Assembly: GCF_022045235.1 (NCBI RefSeq)
Contig: NW_027266297.1
Span: 37,076,001-37,140,000 of the forward strand
Reading direction: 5' to 3'
Source of the DNA: Haliotis cracherodii
Taxonomy: Eukaryota
DNA length: 64,000 nt
Below are positions 56,301 to 64,000 of this stretch, in pieces; position 1 is the stretch's first letter, and each line of letters starts with the position of its first letter. The notes under the pieces were generated by a model that was given only the letters and a program-made list of their open reading frames with translations, searched no databases and was not told where the DNA came from. The translations under genes and the position numbers were made by a program.

Positions 56301-56334
56301 GATCAGTCAGGACAGAACGCCCCGATTTGTTTAA
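13502..56334 (+). CDS. ARHGAP45: Rho GTPase-activating protein, ARHGAP45/ARHGAP29/GMIP family (F-BAR + RhoGAP), 31 exons, about 1354 aa
   Basis: join(13502-13594,16825-17071,18139-18282,19489-19576,20066-20126,21811-21883,22936-23073,23849-23913,24460-24504,25069-25134,25690-25770,27631-27777,28397-28474,29008-29067,30179-30235,30813-30952,31928-32028,32827-33027,33402-33457,33856-33987,34266-34403,35523-35579,37241-37359,37826-37906,39003-39084,39887-39989,41693-41756,42775-42850,43677-43761,48496-48624,55277-56334). All introns are GT-AG and the frame stays open. Family motifs: LAFSSSVSEYLMG, GLDLALQRAKAWSKY, TLCESSKTYEPGSQY, GMYRVSG, LKLYLRQLPEP, NLGIVFGPTL, C-terminal PRFV. The symbol is the closest vertebrate family member; the gene is probably a co-orthologue of all three. 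Confidence 0.9.
15432..15803. repeat. Minisatellite, 25-bp unit (GACATGGTCCCAGCTCTCTCRAGAC), about 14 copies
   Basis: Directly visible periodicity. Confidence 0.93.
16825..17071 (+). CDS. RhoGAP exon 2
   Basis: ttgcag|GAA ... ACAG|gtactg; DIIALTTDVKSFSDALAKLK. Confidence 0.85.
18139..18282 (+). CDS. RhoGAP exon 3
   Basis: ttgtag|AA ... AAAA|gtaggt; AHERLGEVICILKNVLNRYPALHS. Confidence 0.9.
18430..18650 (-). mobile_element. Family C copy, antisense (rare orientation)
   Basis: Reverse-complement of the family C consensus; followed by a diverged + fragment 18666-18830. Confidence 0.75.
19023..19353. other. Assembly gap (N run)
   Basis: Run of N inside intron 3; flanking exons are phase-compatible, so no exon need be missing. 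Confidence 1.
19489..19576 (+). CDS. RhoGAP exon 4
   Basis: cgaag|GT ... AG|gtagga; FCDAIDQLALAFSS. Confidence 0.88.
19730..19895 (+). mobile_element. SINE family A
   Basis: tRNA A/B boxes, shared tail, (ACTC)n. Confidence 0.85.
20066..20126 (+). CDS. RhoGAP exon 5
   Basis: ctgcag|T ... AAG|gtgagt; VSEYLMG. Confidence 0.88.
20428..20775 (+). mobile_element. SINE family B nested in a family C copy
   Basis: Full length, TSD CTCACAATATYA. Confidence 0.88.
21060..21405 (+). mobile_element. SINE family B
   Basis: Full-length similarity to 42332-42680. Confidence 0.85.
21540..21780 (+). mobile_element. SINE family D
   Basis: Similarity to 31010-31289, (ACTC)n tail. Confidence 0.8.
21811..21883 (+). 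CDS. RhoGAP exon 6
   Basis: ccccag|TCC ... CTG|gtgagt; SYDNLTSL. Confidence 0.82.
22008..22708 (+). mobile_element. Helentron-associated non-autonomous element (HINE/DINE-1-like)
   Basis: 5' TTATACCCCCG with nearby inverted CGGGGGGTATA, (GTCY)n microsatellite, internal tandem repeats of about 165 bp, 3' CGGGGGTAT plus GTGAGC-TTT-GCTCAC hairpin and CTTGTT end. Confidence 0.75.
22936..23073 (+). CDS. RhoGAP exon 7 (start of F-BAR)
   Basis: gatag|GC ... TAG|gtgagg; EAGLDLALQRAKAWSKYARDIMTYIEKK. Confidence 0.92.
23085..23555 (+). mobile_element. Family B SINE interrupted by a 5'-truncated family C copy
   Basis: TSD AGTTGCTATATAA at 23289-23301 and 23511-23523. Confidence 0.8.
23849..23913 (+). 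CDS. RhoGAP exon 8 (F-BAR)
   Basis: tttcag|AA ... GAG|gtatgt; ECEYSKNLSRLA. Confidence 0.9.
24460..24504 (+). CDS. RhoGAP exon 9 (F-BAR)
   Basis: ttgcag|GGT ... CAG|gtaaat; GFLPLQSVYCTVLAQ. Confidence 0.88.
24560..24840 (+). mobile_element. SINE family D, diverged
   Basis: Similarity to 31010-31289. Confidence 0.75.
25069..25134 (+). CDS. RhoGAP exon 10 (F-BAR)
   Basis: tactag|GAC ... GAG|gtgtgg; DIEFASNCQATQALLQTSKFIE. Confidence 0.88.
25690..25770 (+). CDS. RhoGAP exon 11 (F-BAR)
   Basis: aacag|CCA ... ATG|gtgagt; PLAARRAEHDKVRKSVKEIW. Confidence 0.9.
25820..26077 (+). mobile_element. Family C copy
   Basis: Consensus similarity, (AAAC)n tail. Confidence 0.8.
26205..26463 (+). mobile_element. 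SINE family D with internal deletion
   Basis: Similarity to 31010-31289. Confidence 0.8.
26763..26993 (+). mobile_element. Family C copy
   Basis: Consensus similarity, (AAAC)n tail. Confidence 0.8.
27631..27777 (+). CDS. RhoGAP exon 12 (F-BAR)
   Basis: ttccag|CAA ... AAA|gtgggt; LRKAQHMYIARQQDYEKA. Confidence 0.9.
27973..28087. mobile_element. Palindromic MITE, about 115 bp
   Basis: About 40-bp terminal inverted repeats CCAGGGCCCAMTTGCACAAAGCRATCTTAGCGCTAAG. Confidence 0.85.
28397..28474 (+). CDS. RhoGAP exon 13 (F-BAR)
   Basis: ttgtag|GCT ... AAG|gtaggt; AAEAETTYKACV. Confidence 0.9.
28745..28885 (+). mobile_element. SINE family A
   Basis: Consensus similarity. Confidence 0.8.
29008..29067 (+). 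CDS. RhoGAP exon 14 (F-BAR)
   Basis: tttcag|GCA ... TCT|gtaaat; IREQIQMCDQVMKS. Confidence 0.88.
29208..29452 (+). mobile_element. SINE family B with internal deletion and expanded (CA)n/(CT)n
   Basis: Head and V-like core followed directly by the microsatellite segment. Confidence 0.8.
29770..30157. repeat. Degenerate C-rich minisatellite (about 16-bp CCCCACAGTGCC core)
   Basis: Visible periodicity; abuts the exon 15 acceptor. Confidence 0.85.
30179..30235 (+). CDS. RhoGAP exon 15 (F-BAR)
   Basis: ttgcag|GTG ... CAG|gtatgt; VTVEYFQLLHTVSAPLPVQ. Confidence 0.9.
30813..30952 (+). CDS. RhoGAP exon 16
   Basis: cctcag|TTC ... AA|gtaagt; FHTLCESSKTYEPGSQYAEFV. Confidence 0.9.
31010..31289 (+). 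mobile_element. SINE family D, full length
   Basis: tRNA-like head, shared tail, TSD CTTGTATAGAGAG (30997-31009/31290-31302). Confidence 0.9.
31458..31701 (+). mobile_element. Family C, full length, nested in an older family C copy
   Basis: TSD ACAGTAGCAATCACTG (31442-31457/31702-31717). Confidence 0.9.
31928..32028 (+). CDS. RhoGAP exon 17
   Basis: tttcag|G ... AAG|gtgagt; Ser-rich linker, phase 2-1 consistent. Confidence 0.82.
32345..32540 (+). mobile_element. SINE family A
   Basis: Full length, TSD CACCTCACAGGG. Confidence 0.9.
32827..33027 (+). CDS. RhoGAP exon 18
   Basis: cttcag|AC ... ATG|gtttgt; SDTDSASGSSS...SQSLDEL. Confidence 0.85.
33402..33457 (+). CDS. RhoGAP exon 19
   Basis: ttgtag|GT ... 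GTG|gtaggt; needed to bridge phase 1 to phase 0. Confidence 0.78.
33856..33987 (+). CDS. RhoGAP exon 20 (start of GAP domain)
   Basis: catcag|CCA ... AAG|gtaggt; TFGVDF...VPPIVSMCLSEVELRGL. Confidence 0.93.
34266..34403 (+). CDS. RhoGAP exon 21 (arginine finger)
   Basis: acccag|GGA ... CAG|gtatgg; GMYRVSG (catalytic Arg intact), ISNVLKLYLRQ. Confidence 0.95.
34614..35021. mobile_element. hAT-type MITE
   Basis: TIR TAGGGCTGGGAC, TSD CTGCTKAG. Confidence 0.85.
35238..35441 (+). mobile_element. Family C with internal deletion
   Basis: Head and tail intact, middle missing. Confidence 0.82.
35523..35579 (+). CDS. RhoGAP exon 22
   Basis: tttcag|CTT ... AAG|gtatgt; LPEPLLTFRFYSDFI. Confidence 0.93.
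36045..36214 (+). mobile_element. SINE family A
   Basis: Full length, TSD TTATTGACTGCT. Confidence 0.9.
36378..37245 (+). repeat. Compound tandem array of the exon 23 splice acceptor plus (ACTC)n
   Basis: Repeated AGATGTGGGCCCACTGTTTACCTCTGTGACTGTTTCAG|G. Confidence 0.92.
37241..37359 (+). CDS. RhoGAP exon 23
   Basis: tttcag|GAA ... AG|gtaaat; LVRMLPPSNFKTCAVLMHHLQR. Confidence 0.9.
37826..37906 (+). CDS. RhoGAP exon 24
   Basis: tatcag|G ... GC|gtaagt; NQMSSSNLGIVFGPTLLRP. Confidence 0.94.
37889..38600 (+). repeat. 24-bp minisatellite made of the exon 24 end plus splice donor, about 30 copies
   Basis: Unit AACACTACTCCGACCAGC|GTRAGT. Confidence 0.95.
39003..39084 (+). CDS. RhoGAP exon 25 (end of GAP domain)
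   Basis: atgcag|G ... CAG|gtatct; SLASLVDTPHQTRAIELLI. Confidence 0.92.
39210..39437 (+). mobile_element. Family C copy
   Basis: Consensus similarity. Confidence 0.78.
39887..39989 (+). CDS. RhoGAP exon 26
   Basis: ttacag|ACC ... CAG|gtagtc; TIFGPG. Confidence 0.85.
39998..41010 (+). repeat. 55-bp minisatellite, about 18 copies
   Basis: Unit CACTCATCCTACAGTACACGAACTGTGAGTGGGGCAGTCTAGTGGATAGAGTGTT. Confidence 0.95.
41057..41220 (-). mobile_element. SINE family A, antisense, young
   Basis: Near-consensus sequence, TSD TCAGGGTTTCAG. Confidence 0.9.
41351..41465. mobile_element. Palindromic MITE (same family as 27973-28087)
   Basis: GGGCCCACTTGCACAAA ... TTTGTGCAAGTGGGCC. Confidence 0.8.
41693..41756 (+). 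CDS. RhoGAP exon 27
   Basis: ctttcag|AA ... AG|gtatgt; phase 1-2. Confidence 0.75.
42332..42680 (+). mobile_element. SINE family B, full length
   Basis: TSD CTAATGCAG. Confidence 0.9.
42775..42850 (+). CDS. RhoGAP exon 28
   Basis: ttccag|C (NAGNAG alternative at 42778) ... AAG|gtactg; phase 2-0. Confidence 0.78.
43677..43761 (+). CDS. RhoGAP exon 29
   Basis: ttgcag|ACC ... AGG|gtaaac; phase 0-1. Confidence 0.78.
45468..45765. repeat. About 100-bp tandem repeat x3, diverged
   Basis: TGCATGTCTCTC..GTGGGCA..AGTGGT.GAACCATAGACTGCACC occurs three times. Confidence 0.85.
46459..46731 (+). mobile_element. Family C, full length
   Basis: Consensus similarity. Confidence 0.85.
47630..47865 (+). 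mobile_element. Family C copy (older fragments at about 47030-47240 and 47880-48030)
   Basis: Consensus similarity. Confidence 0.75.
48496..48624 (+). CDS. RhoGAP exon 30
   Basis: tttcag|GA ... CAG|gtaata; DDEWNDLDLQSDDELPDNLLPDD, phase 1-1. Confidence 0.75.
49050..49465. repeat. 42-bp minisatellite, about 10 copies, two alternating variants
   Basis: ACATTCAGACACATACCAAACAAACTTTG(AGCAATA/GACAACG)AACACA. Confidence 0.93.
49604..49693 (+). CDS. Candidate symmetric cassette exon (90 nt, phase 1-1)
   Basis: gtccatctcccaacag|AG ... GC|gtaagt; open in the required frame (ELCSHESCLPFIEVEESEMAYTCIVSSTTV); no homology support. Confidence 0.45.
50408..50572. repeat. About 35-bp minisatellite x5
   Basis: TTTGAAGCAACCCTTTACTTACATGGCGTCCAC. 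Confidence 0.9.
51314..51365 (+). CDS. Candidate frame-shifting mini-exon (acceptor 51314 or 51334)
   Basis: ttttggtttttag| and ctgtttcag| acceptors, AG|gtaaca donor; encodes ...PSSSPTSPIDR and ends in phase 2. Confidence 0.4.
51570..51902. mobile_element. Tc1/mariner-pogo-type MITE
   Basis: TA-flanked TIR CCGTATTCRAC.TAATAAG; second copy at 61036-61341. Confidence 0.78.
52064..52247 (+). mobile_element. Family C copy with deletions
   Basis: Consensus similarity. Confidence 0.75.
53690..53853 (+). mobile_element. SINE family A
   Basis: Consensus similarity. Confidence 0.85.
54787..55062 (+). mobile_element. Family C, full length
   Basis: TSD CCTGGATTTATC (54775-54786/55063-55074). Confidence 0.9.
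55277..56334 (+). CDS. RhoGAP terminal coding exon (Ser/Pro/Thr-rich disordered tail ending DRTPRFV*)
   Basis: tttcag|GG; long GC-richer ORF; C-terminal PxFV as in vertebrate ARHGAP29/45. Confidence 0.88.
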
Positions 56335-58731
56335 TACTCTATTTTAGGTATATCAAAATCTAGTGCTTAGCTGTTGCTAGTGTTGTGTCATATTGTTTGT
56401 GAAAATCGTGAACAGTGTTTATTTAGCTGAAAGCATTGCAATCCCCTTTTTTCTGATGACCCCCACAGGTTGAGGCTGAATCATGGAAGTATTGACTGTT
56501 TTTAAACTTTTTTTGATTTATGTCCAAATTGAGTTGATTTGGATACATTTGTTGTATAGTTTGAAATGTACGTGTATTTGTTCTTGTTATTGTAGATATA
56601 TTACTAATCATAGGCACATGGAACTTATCCATAGCTGATATTTATTTATGCAATCAAAGCTTATTTTTTGTATCAGGCATGTACTTTTGTAAATGGCATG
56701 AATCATAAATTGGATAGATTCTGTGGTATCATTTACAGAAATGCCTGCCAGTAGCTGTAGGAGAAGTGTGTTTGAACAAAGTGCGTAGTTGTGATGTAGA
56801 TTACTGCAATGATGACGGGGCACAGGAATCATGTTAGTGCTATTTGATTGATACTTTCTGTGCCACCTGTCACTGAATGCATATTTCATGTTATGCCGTA
56901 TTTTACCTAATGAGCATCCGATGTGTTATTGGTTGCCTCCCAAACAATTAATGTGAGATTTGATCATCCCTCCCTGTACATTATACTGTGAATTGTACAT
57001 GCATTAACATCGTTTACGATGCCTTAATCTAGGTTCTGTGAAAGAATTCATGTTTCAGTTTGTTTAGCTGCACATTTTTTTGGAAAGGTCAGGGGAGTGG
57101 GGCAGCCTTGTTACGGTTTGCTCATCCAATTGCATTCTGGTGTCCCCCGCCGTGATATTGCTGGAATATTGCATAAGGCGGCGTAAAACTGTACTCACTC
57201 ACCTATCCAACTGCAGCTGCAGTTAGTTTTGGATCTGGCCATTATAAATGTCAAACACAATTTTACCTTGAAAGGGCCACTTTGGTATGTAATGTATGTC
57301 CTGGGTGCTTACTGAGTAGAATACAGTGTGTTTATTGCACACATGGAATACAGGGATGATATTGAAACTTGAAAATAGTTCTTGTTCTAAGGAAACTGTT
57401 GCTATAACATATGCAGTGTTCCATCATCGTTGAAAACTAGCTCCCGAAGTATTGATCCCCAATAACAGGTGCCCCCTCCCTCCGTGTGGTTACTTGGTCC
57501 AGCAGGTGCCCATGCACATGCACCCTCCCTCAATCAGGATTCCTGGGTTCCCGGATTAAACACTGCATATGTATAGGAATGGAATAGAAAAATGGCATAT
57601 GACAAGTCAAACAAGTATCTGAAATGTGATATGGTTGTGTCTTCCAATAGCCTAGACAAGAAATGATGCCATTTGTGATATTGTCAAATCTAAGAGATTT
57701 ACTATGCGTTACGCCAGTTTGATATTATTTTGCTGAACTATGGTAGATATTATTGTGTAGATTGACGTTGGTGATGAGTAGCGTGGTGCTTAGAAAAATC
57801 TCATCAAAACCCTCCACACGCAGCCCAGCGTGGTTACCTTGCTATGTAATGACTCTTCAGTAGAGGGTATAATTATTACACAGCATATAGAATATATGAT
57901 AGTTGCATGGCCACATACTTAACAGACCTGCGCTGGTACCACTTCCTGATTGATGACGGCCATTTATCAGGTAGGATTCAGTAGCTGTATCTACCCATCT
58001 GCATCTGCATACATTTCCATACAGCCACAATGTTATTTGTCAATCCCTGATTGGACATTATGCTCACAGTGCCAAGGCCATTTCATATACTCTCAGTAGT
58101 GCATAGAGACGGATACAACAGCCAGTAGGTCATTATCACATTGTTCACATGTCGAAACCTGTAGACAGTTGGAATTCCTGCTGTATTATTCTTATCATAT
58201 AGAGCTTAAGTTTATGTATTTTGTATACAATTAGGCAAAGGATGTATGCATGTTATTAAATTGTTCATATATTATGAATATGTATATCAATTGTTTTAAC
58301 ACTAACCCCATCAATTTTTTCTGTATGTAGTTAAAAGGGTGCTTTCATTTCATTCATTGTGCATATTAACAATTTCGTATAAGGTTACAATTAACTAGTA
58401 CAGTTTTTTTGAATGGGTGACATAGTATTCAGCCACTTTCTGAATGTTTCCCAAAATTTATTAAAGACTTTGTGTACAGTTCTAGATATTTTTCTATATG
58501 GGTGCTTTAAGTTGTTTACACACATACTTTATTATCATAAGGGAAGGGGATAGTGCTCCTGTATTATGTTAAAGGCAGAGAAATGTCCCCTCTAATGTAG
58601 CACTCAAGCCTGGAGGACCTGTTTCTTCATCCTGTCTGTCTAGGAGATGGAACTATGCACCTGGGTAGAGTGAAGCACCACCCTGTCTTTCTTGTCATGT
58701 ATCCTCTACTTCCATGTGTCTTTTGGAGTGC

Positions 58732-58900
58732 GGGGCGGTCGGGTAGCCTAGCGGTTAAAGCGTTCGCTCGTCACGCTGAAGACCCGGGTTCGAATCCCGA
58801 CATGGGTACAATGTGTGAAGCCCATTTCTGGTGTCCCCTGCCGTGATATTGCTGGAATATTGCTAAAAGCGGCGTAAAACCAAACTCACTCACTCATTCA
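58732..58900 (+). mobile_element. SINE family A, full length, in the putative 3'UTR
   Basis: TSD CTTTTGGAGTGC. Confidence 0.9.
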
Positions 58901-58913
58901 CTTTTGGAGTGCA

Positions 58914-59041
58914 CCACTGTTAGCAATGTTCCAGCAATATCATGGCCAGCGGGGTGCACCAGAAATGGCCTTCACACATTCATTGTCCACATGAGGAGAA
59001 TCAAACCCAGACCTTTGGCATGACGGACGAAAACTTTAACC
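58914..59041 (-). mobile_element. SINE family A, antisense, diverged
   Basis: Reverse-complement similarity to the adjacent copy. Confidence 0.75.
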
Positions 59042-61035
59042 CCTTATCATCATTTTTTTGGAAATATCTACATTTCATCAATGTCAAATAAAACCAATAC
59101 CTGCTGAAATTTGATACTAAAACAATGTATGTTTCTTCGTTTGGTCAAAAATACAAAATCATATTTATTAGATGCAAAGAAGGTGAGGAAGCAATGGAAG
59201 GGATAGTCAAATAACTATTGTCAGGAACAAGCACAAGACATTCTAAGAGTCAATTTCAGTTTCTGTATGCCAGCAGGACCAGGTCCCTTTGTAATAAAAT
59301 ACAAATATGTTTTATGGCTGTTTATAAACGGAAATAGTAGGTGGTGCTTAGCTTTCGTCCGGGTGTGTGTATATTTATTTGTTGCCTTCTGTGATAGATT
59401 TCAATGTGGCCGTTATGTATTCTTCCTGGTCTTGGGGAGTGAAACAGTCAGTCCTGTCCTAATGTGTTGTCCCAAACTTACGTTTGCAAAAATCATTTTC
59501 TGTCAAATCTCTACTGACCTATTGCAGGGTCCGAAATAAATATGAGTCAGCTAGTTGAGATTAGTAAGATCGGGGAGCTAGTGATGTTTCCTTGTGCACT
59601 ACTTTTTAACCATTAAGTAGTTGGGTACCCTGTAACTGATTGTTTTTGCGAATTGGTGAAAATAACAATTAATTTCCTACCCTGTATTGAGTGCACATAC
59701 CGGTACATGAGGCACACTGTGTGTGTGGTGTCATTGTTGACATGTTAGTCTATCTGTGACTAATTCATGAAGCAGTTATAAGGGGAATTTTTCAGGTGAC
59801 CATAAGTCAAGCTTTCATCCCATAATGGATGGGGGCATTTTTTCGCGGTTTCGGGATTTGTGGTTACTTTGCTCTGACCAGGTGTGTTTGTGGCTACAGT
59901 GAATGGTGCTACATGATTTGCAAGTTTACACCACGGAAACATTTTGTACACAACTAAACTTTAGGAAGGGTTGACGACCTTCAACATCCTGTGTCTTTTC
60001 TTTACGATCGTGATTTAAAATTTGTGCTGATGTAAACCATAAATACTACACCAAACTCTTGCCATACCCACCAGCCATGACAGATAATGGTCATGTTAAA
60101 AAAAACAGGTGTTCTTTTACTTTTTTTCAGGGTTATTTTTGGCAGCTGTTCAAAATTTGTTTGGGCAAGAATTATTAGTTGTCCAATCTCTTAATTACAT
60201 GTATGGCAAGTTTTAGTCATAATTAACATATATCTTGTTTGTGACCTGTTCTCTTGTCGCTAAAGAGTTATTATTTTCACAAAAGTTGAAAGTTTTATTT
60301 GTTGCGTCCGATAAGAACAGGGATCATGACATGCAATGTTCAAATGTAGACATTTAACAAGTGGAAGTTCATTGAAAAATAGTTTACATATTATGTGTGA
60401 CGCAGAGCACTTCAAGAAATAGTTCCTTAGATAATTGATGCAGAGATCATAAATGCCTATTATTGATTATTGGGGAAAATGTCAAAACGATAAAATGTTA
60501 TAATTTTGCGAATACATGTGTAATTTAAAAAATAAATTATATTAAATAATGATGACAATGTGTAACTTGTTATGTGAATTTCTTATAAGGTCTAATCTAA
60601 CATTATTTATGATTGGTCAGTTGAGCTATCAGATTAAAAACAGCGATAGATCATTAAGTAGTAACTACTTTCTATCAACAACTGCTTTTCCCTTGTCTTG
60701 TTTATTCACAAGCTGTCATGATAAAACTGGAATACTGCGGACTGGCTTGAAACAAGTGTCCAGTAGAGCAGCACTTGTCCTCCATGTCCCATAGTGTATA
60801 TTGCCATGCTTCAGCTTGACTGTTTACATTCGAGTAGGTTGTATAACTACATTCCTTCCCACTAGGGGGAAGTCCCAGCTCTGGTACAATACCTAGTTGA
60901 GAATCTGTGTAAGCTTGGTTGTAGGAAATAGTTACTCTCTGCCTTGCCTCTCCTGCTTTGTTTAGTATTACACACCCACCTGTTCTATAATTAATCAGTT
61001 ACATGTACATTTGCAGTCACACATTATTGGCAAGT

Positions 61036-61341
61036 ACCGTATTCGACGTAATAAGCGCCTTGCTCTAATAAGCACCCTAGGCGATATTTGTTAATATATT
61101 GGCTAGTGAACAATCCCAATTTATTCATGTATAATATGCACTCGTGTATTATATGCACCCTTAATAACGCGCAATTAAAAGTCTGTAAAAATATATCTGT
61201 CGTGTAAAATACGAACAGACTTTTCTTTTGTATCATTTCAGGCTGCAAGCATACACCATGAAAGTTACGATCTTTCAACGCTTTCACCAAAATAATATTC
61301 GAATACGACCCCATTTCTAATTTTGAGATCGCCCTGAGCCC
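61036..61341. mobile_element. Tc1/mariner-pogo-type MITE
   Basis: TA-flanked TIR CCGTATTCGACGTAATAAG; homologous to 51570-51902. Confidence 0.78.
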
Positions 61342-63219
61342 TTATTACGTCGAATATGGTAGTTAAACAAGTGTATTGATGCAGGGACAATCCTATACTG
61401 CAGCATCTCTCCCCATTCAGACTCTGCTTGTGTTGGGGAATATGAAACTACAAATGTTTTTTGTGCAAGAAATACCAACAGCATTCTATCCAGTGGACAA
61501 ATATGACTTGAATTTAGACTCGGGAATGAGGGATATATTTTAATAACAACTTTGAAAGAGAGGAAGTTGACATCATTTATAATGTTGGTAAGATACAGGG
61601 CATGATGGTGTATTCTGATACTCATTTTCTCACTTTTGTTTTTGAACAAATGTCACTCACATTGTACTGCATAGCACAGTATGGCTAATTGTAGAATATT
61701 ATGTTCTGTGAATCCCACAATTGGTCCTTGATATTTGGACATCCTGCCTTATTTCAGTCTAGATTCAGAATTTGATTTAACAATGAAGATCCTTTAAAAG
61801 TTCAAGAATAAAGTCCATCTATTCTCCCTGCAAACAATCAGCCATTGGCCAAACCTATCCCTTGGGAGGAAGTGGCTATGGTTGCTGTGGTCTTTAACCA
61901 CACAAACTTTCCTTCCCAAGTCTACAGCTTCTCACACAGATGAAGAATATATTCAAAATTTGTTCCTGATGAAACCCCACTTTGTTTGGGATACTAATTT
62001 CCCATTGTATGTGTATATTTATAACCAATTCATCTTTTTTTCCAATGTTTTTGTCATTGCAAGTTACCGGTATTGCAAAATCCTGTACTTTAAGCATTGC
62101 GGGTTATATTGGCGAGTCCCAAGTCACTTTACAACTACATGTACTACAAGTATACTATATGCTAATTGTTGGCAGGACGTATATGTCCGGCCAGGTCATG
62201 TGGGGTATATCTACTTAATGGAACCTGTATACAGCATTCAAGTTTACTCTTATGTTTTCATGTTTATGTCTTTGCATTTCAGTACCTTGTGTTGTTTTCG
62301 TAAACATGAATCTCTTGTGTTGAATGAAAATTTCTGTAATGCTACACCCAAAAATGATTTTGTTGTGGCCCTATGGTGAATATATGGCAGACATACCTCA
62401 GACATTATGACTATACTTTCAATGAAACTAAACTTCTTGTCAGGAAAGGAAAATGTGTTTTCGCAATTTGTTTCATGGTTATTTTAGTGAGAAAGACTAA
62501 CAATCGTATGGACTGTTAACTTGCTTAGTCCTAGTCACATCCGTTGTCTCAAACCTGCGTCACTTTGTCCATCACAGATTCCATTGGGGTCATGTAATGA
62601 TGTATATTCACAGATGTTTCTTTCTTCAAATAGTTTAATCTGCAGAAGAGGAAATTAATTGGTATCAATTTCGCAGATGATCAAATCTTTGATCTTTAGG
62701 ATTCTGCATTAGAGGATGTTAGATTTGTAGTCCCACTGTCTAGTATATAAGCAGTAATAAGTTAAAGATGTTTTAGTTCACACTGTTGACTTATTATAGG
62801 ATAAGCATAACAATCTTGTAACGTTATTGCCAAGTGTAATCATTGAGAAAATCCATGACAATGTAATCAGTATTGAGAGAATGTAGGTTAATATGGTTGT
62901 GTAGCTCTTACTTGTAAGTTCCATGGGAACTATTTTCTCCTAGATTCGTCCACCCCATTCTAGTGTTGTGATCTGGCTTGTAGACCTCAGTGTATTTTTG
63001 ACTGTCTTTGTCCTAGCTGTTACAATCATTGTGAAAATTCTAGTCAATTTTTTTTCTAGGGTCACACGACCCACCCAGTACCCACTTTTTCAACCATATC
63101 TATTATTTTACCAAGGTGTTATGCTATATATGAGCAATACTTGTATTTGACTTTTCTGCTTTACCAGCAAGGTATTCTGTACTGATATGCTGTATTGAGC
63201 ATACTAACATTTTGTATAT

Positions 63220-63225
63220 AATAAA
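63220..63225 (+). terminator. Candidate distal polyadenylation signal of the RhoGAP gene
   Basis: AATAAA preceded by TGTA elements and followed by a GT-rich tract (ctgtgtttgt); other AATAAA sites lie near 59087, 59293, 60531 and 61807. Confidence 0.4.
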
Positions 63226-63280
63226 CATACAAATATATATTAAGTACTAATCACTGTGTTTGTCATCCTTATTTGCTCAG

Positions 63281-63520
63281 GCAGCCTCCGTGGTTGAGTG
63301 GAGAGAGTGTCTGTATGGAGAGGAAGGTCAGGGTTCAGTCCCCGGCCACATCACACCAAAAGACGTTAAAAGATAGTACTTGTTGTTTCCCTGCCTGACG
63401 ATTGGCACTATGGGGCTAAAACAAGGACCGGTCGGATCGGTGTCAGTATACTGTGTCTGAGTGGGATATTTATGTTAAACTGTGGTGTGGTATTTCAGTG
63501 AGCAGGCACTATAAAACTTG
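63281..63520 (+). mobile_element. SINE family B, 3'-truncated
   Basis: Consensus similarity. Confidence 0.8.
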
Positions 63521-64000
63521 TCCCTGTACAGAGTTGTGTCCCTCAGTCCAATGGATCTACTGGTCATCCTATGAGTGTGTGTTTATTGGGAGACAAACAG
63601 TATGCATTTTAAGATTAGCAGATTTTATTGAGTATTTGATGGCCAGAAATTTCATTTTGAACCGACAATGTTCAATACAATAGTTATCCATTATTTTCTG
63701 AAGCACACTCTTTCTCAACCTCCAACTAAATCAAGGTTGTTCTTGTTCAAACTTAATATTTTATCAACGTGACATCCATTTTGCCAAACTGAAAGGCATG
63801 TTTTTCACATTCTGGATTGAATTTTTGTTTACAGTTACCAACAAAGATATTCATGAGCAGTAAATAGCCTTGAGATTTCTGTGCTTCAATTCCCATTTGA
63901 GCAAATTTCTCAACCAATCAGATAGCAGACACACACTCTATTTGTTTTACAATCTTTGGCCATGTCGTGCTCAAGGGTTTCAACCAAGATGTTAACATGC

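Noticed and set aside
58732-58805. tRNA gene calls for SINE heads
   Set aside because: The tRNA-like heads continue into SINE bodies with tails and TSDs and lack a proper acceptor stem and terminator.
61882-62379. 165-aa ORF in the distal region
   Set aside because: AT-rich UTR-like composition, non-ATG start and no recognisable domain.

Overview
This is eukaryotic (animal) genomic DNA, AT-rich and intron-rich. The repeat content looks molluscan, probably gastropod, which is an inference only. Two divergent genes are present. (1) On the minus strand at the left edge there is one clear coding exon (1057-1263) of a PLP-dependent threonine ammonia-lyase/serine racemase-family gene that continues out of the window. 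(2) On the plus strand there is a complete F-BAR + RhoGAP gene of the ARHGAP45(HMHA1)/ARHGAP29(PARG1)/GMIP family, reconstructed by hand as 31 GT-AG exons from ATG 13502 to TAA 56334 (4065 nt, 1354 aa, all phases consistent), probably with a long 3'UTR to about 63225. The introns hold four SINE-like families sharing one 3' tail, several MITEs, a Helentron-type element, many minisatellites and one assembly gap. The most unusual observations are: tandem arrays that amplify the gene's own splice donor and acceptor sites; a terminal exon readable in two frames, each ending in a PDZ-ligand-like motif; apparent loss of the family's C1 domain; a retroposon whose head is a predicted pseudoknot rather than a tRNA; and a strong sense-strand bias of SINEs that flips between the two genes. 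Most ORFs in the supplied track are spurious.
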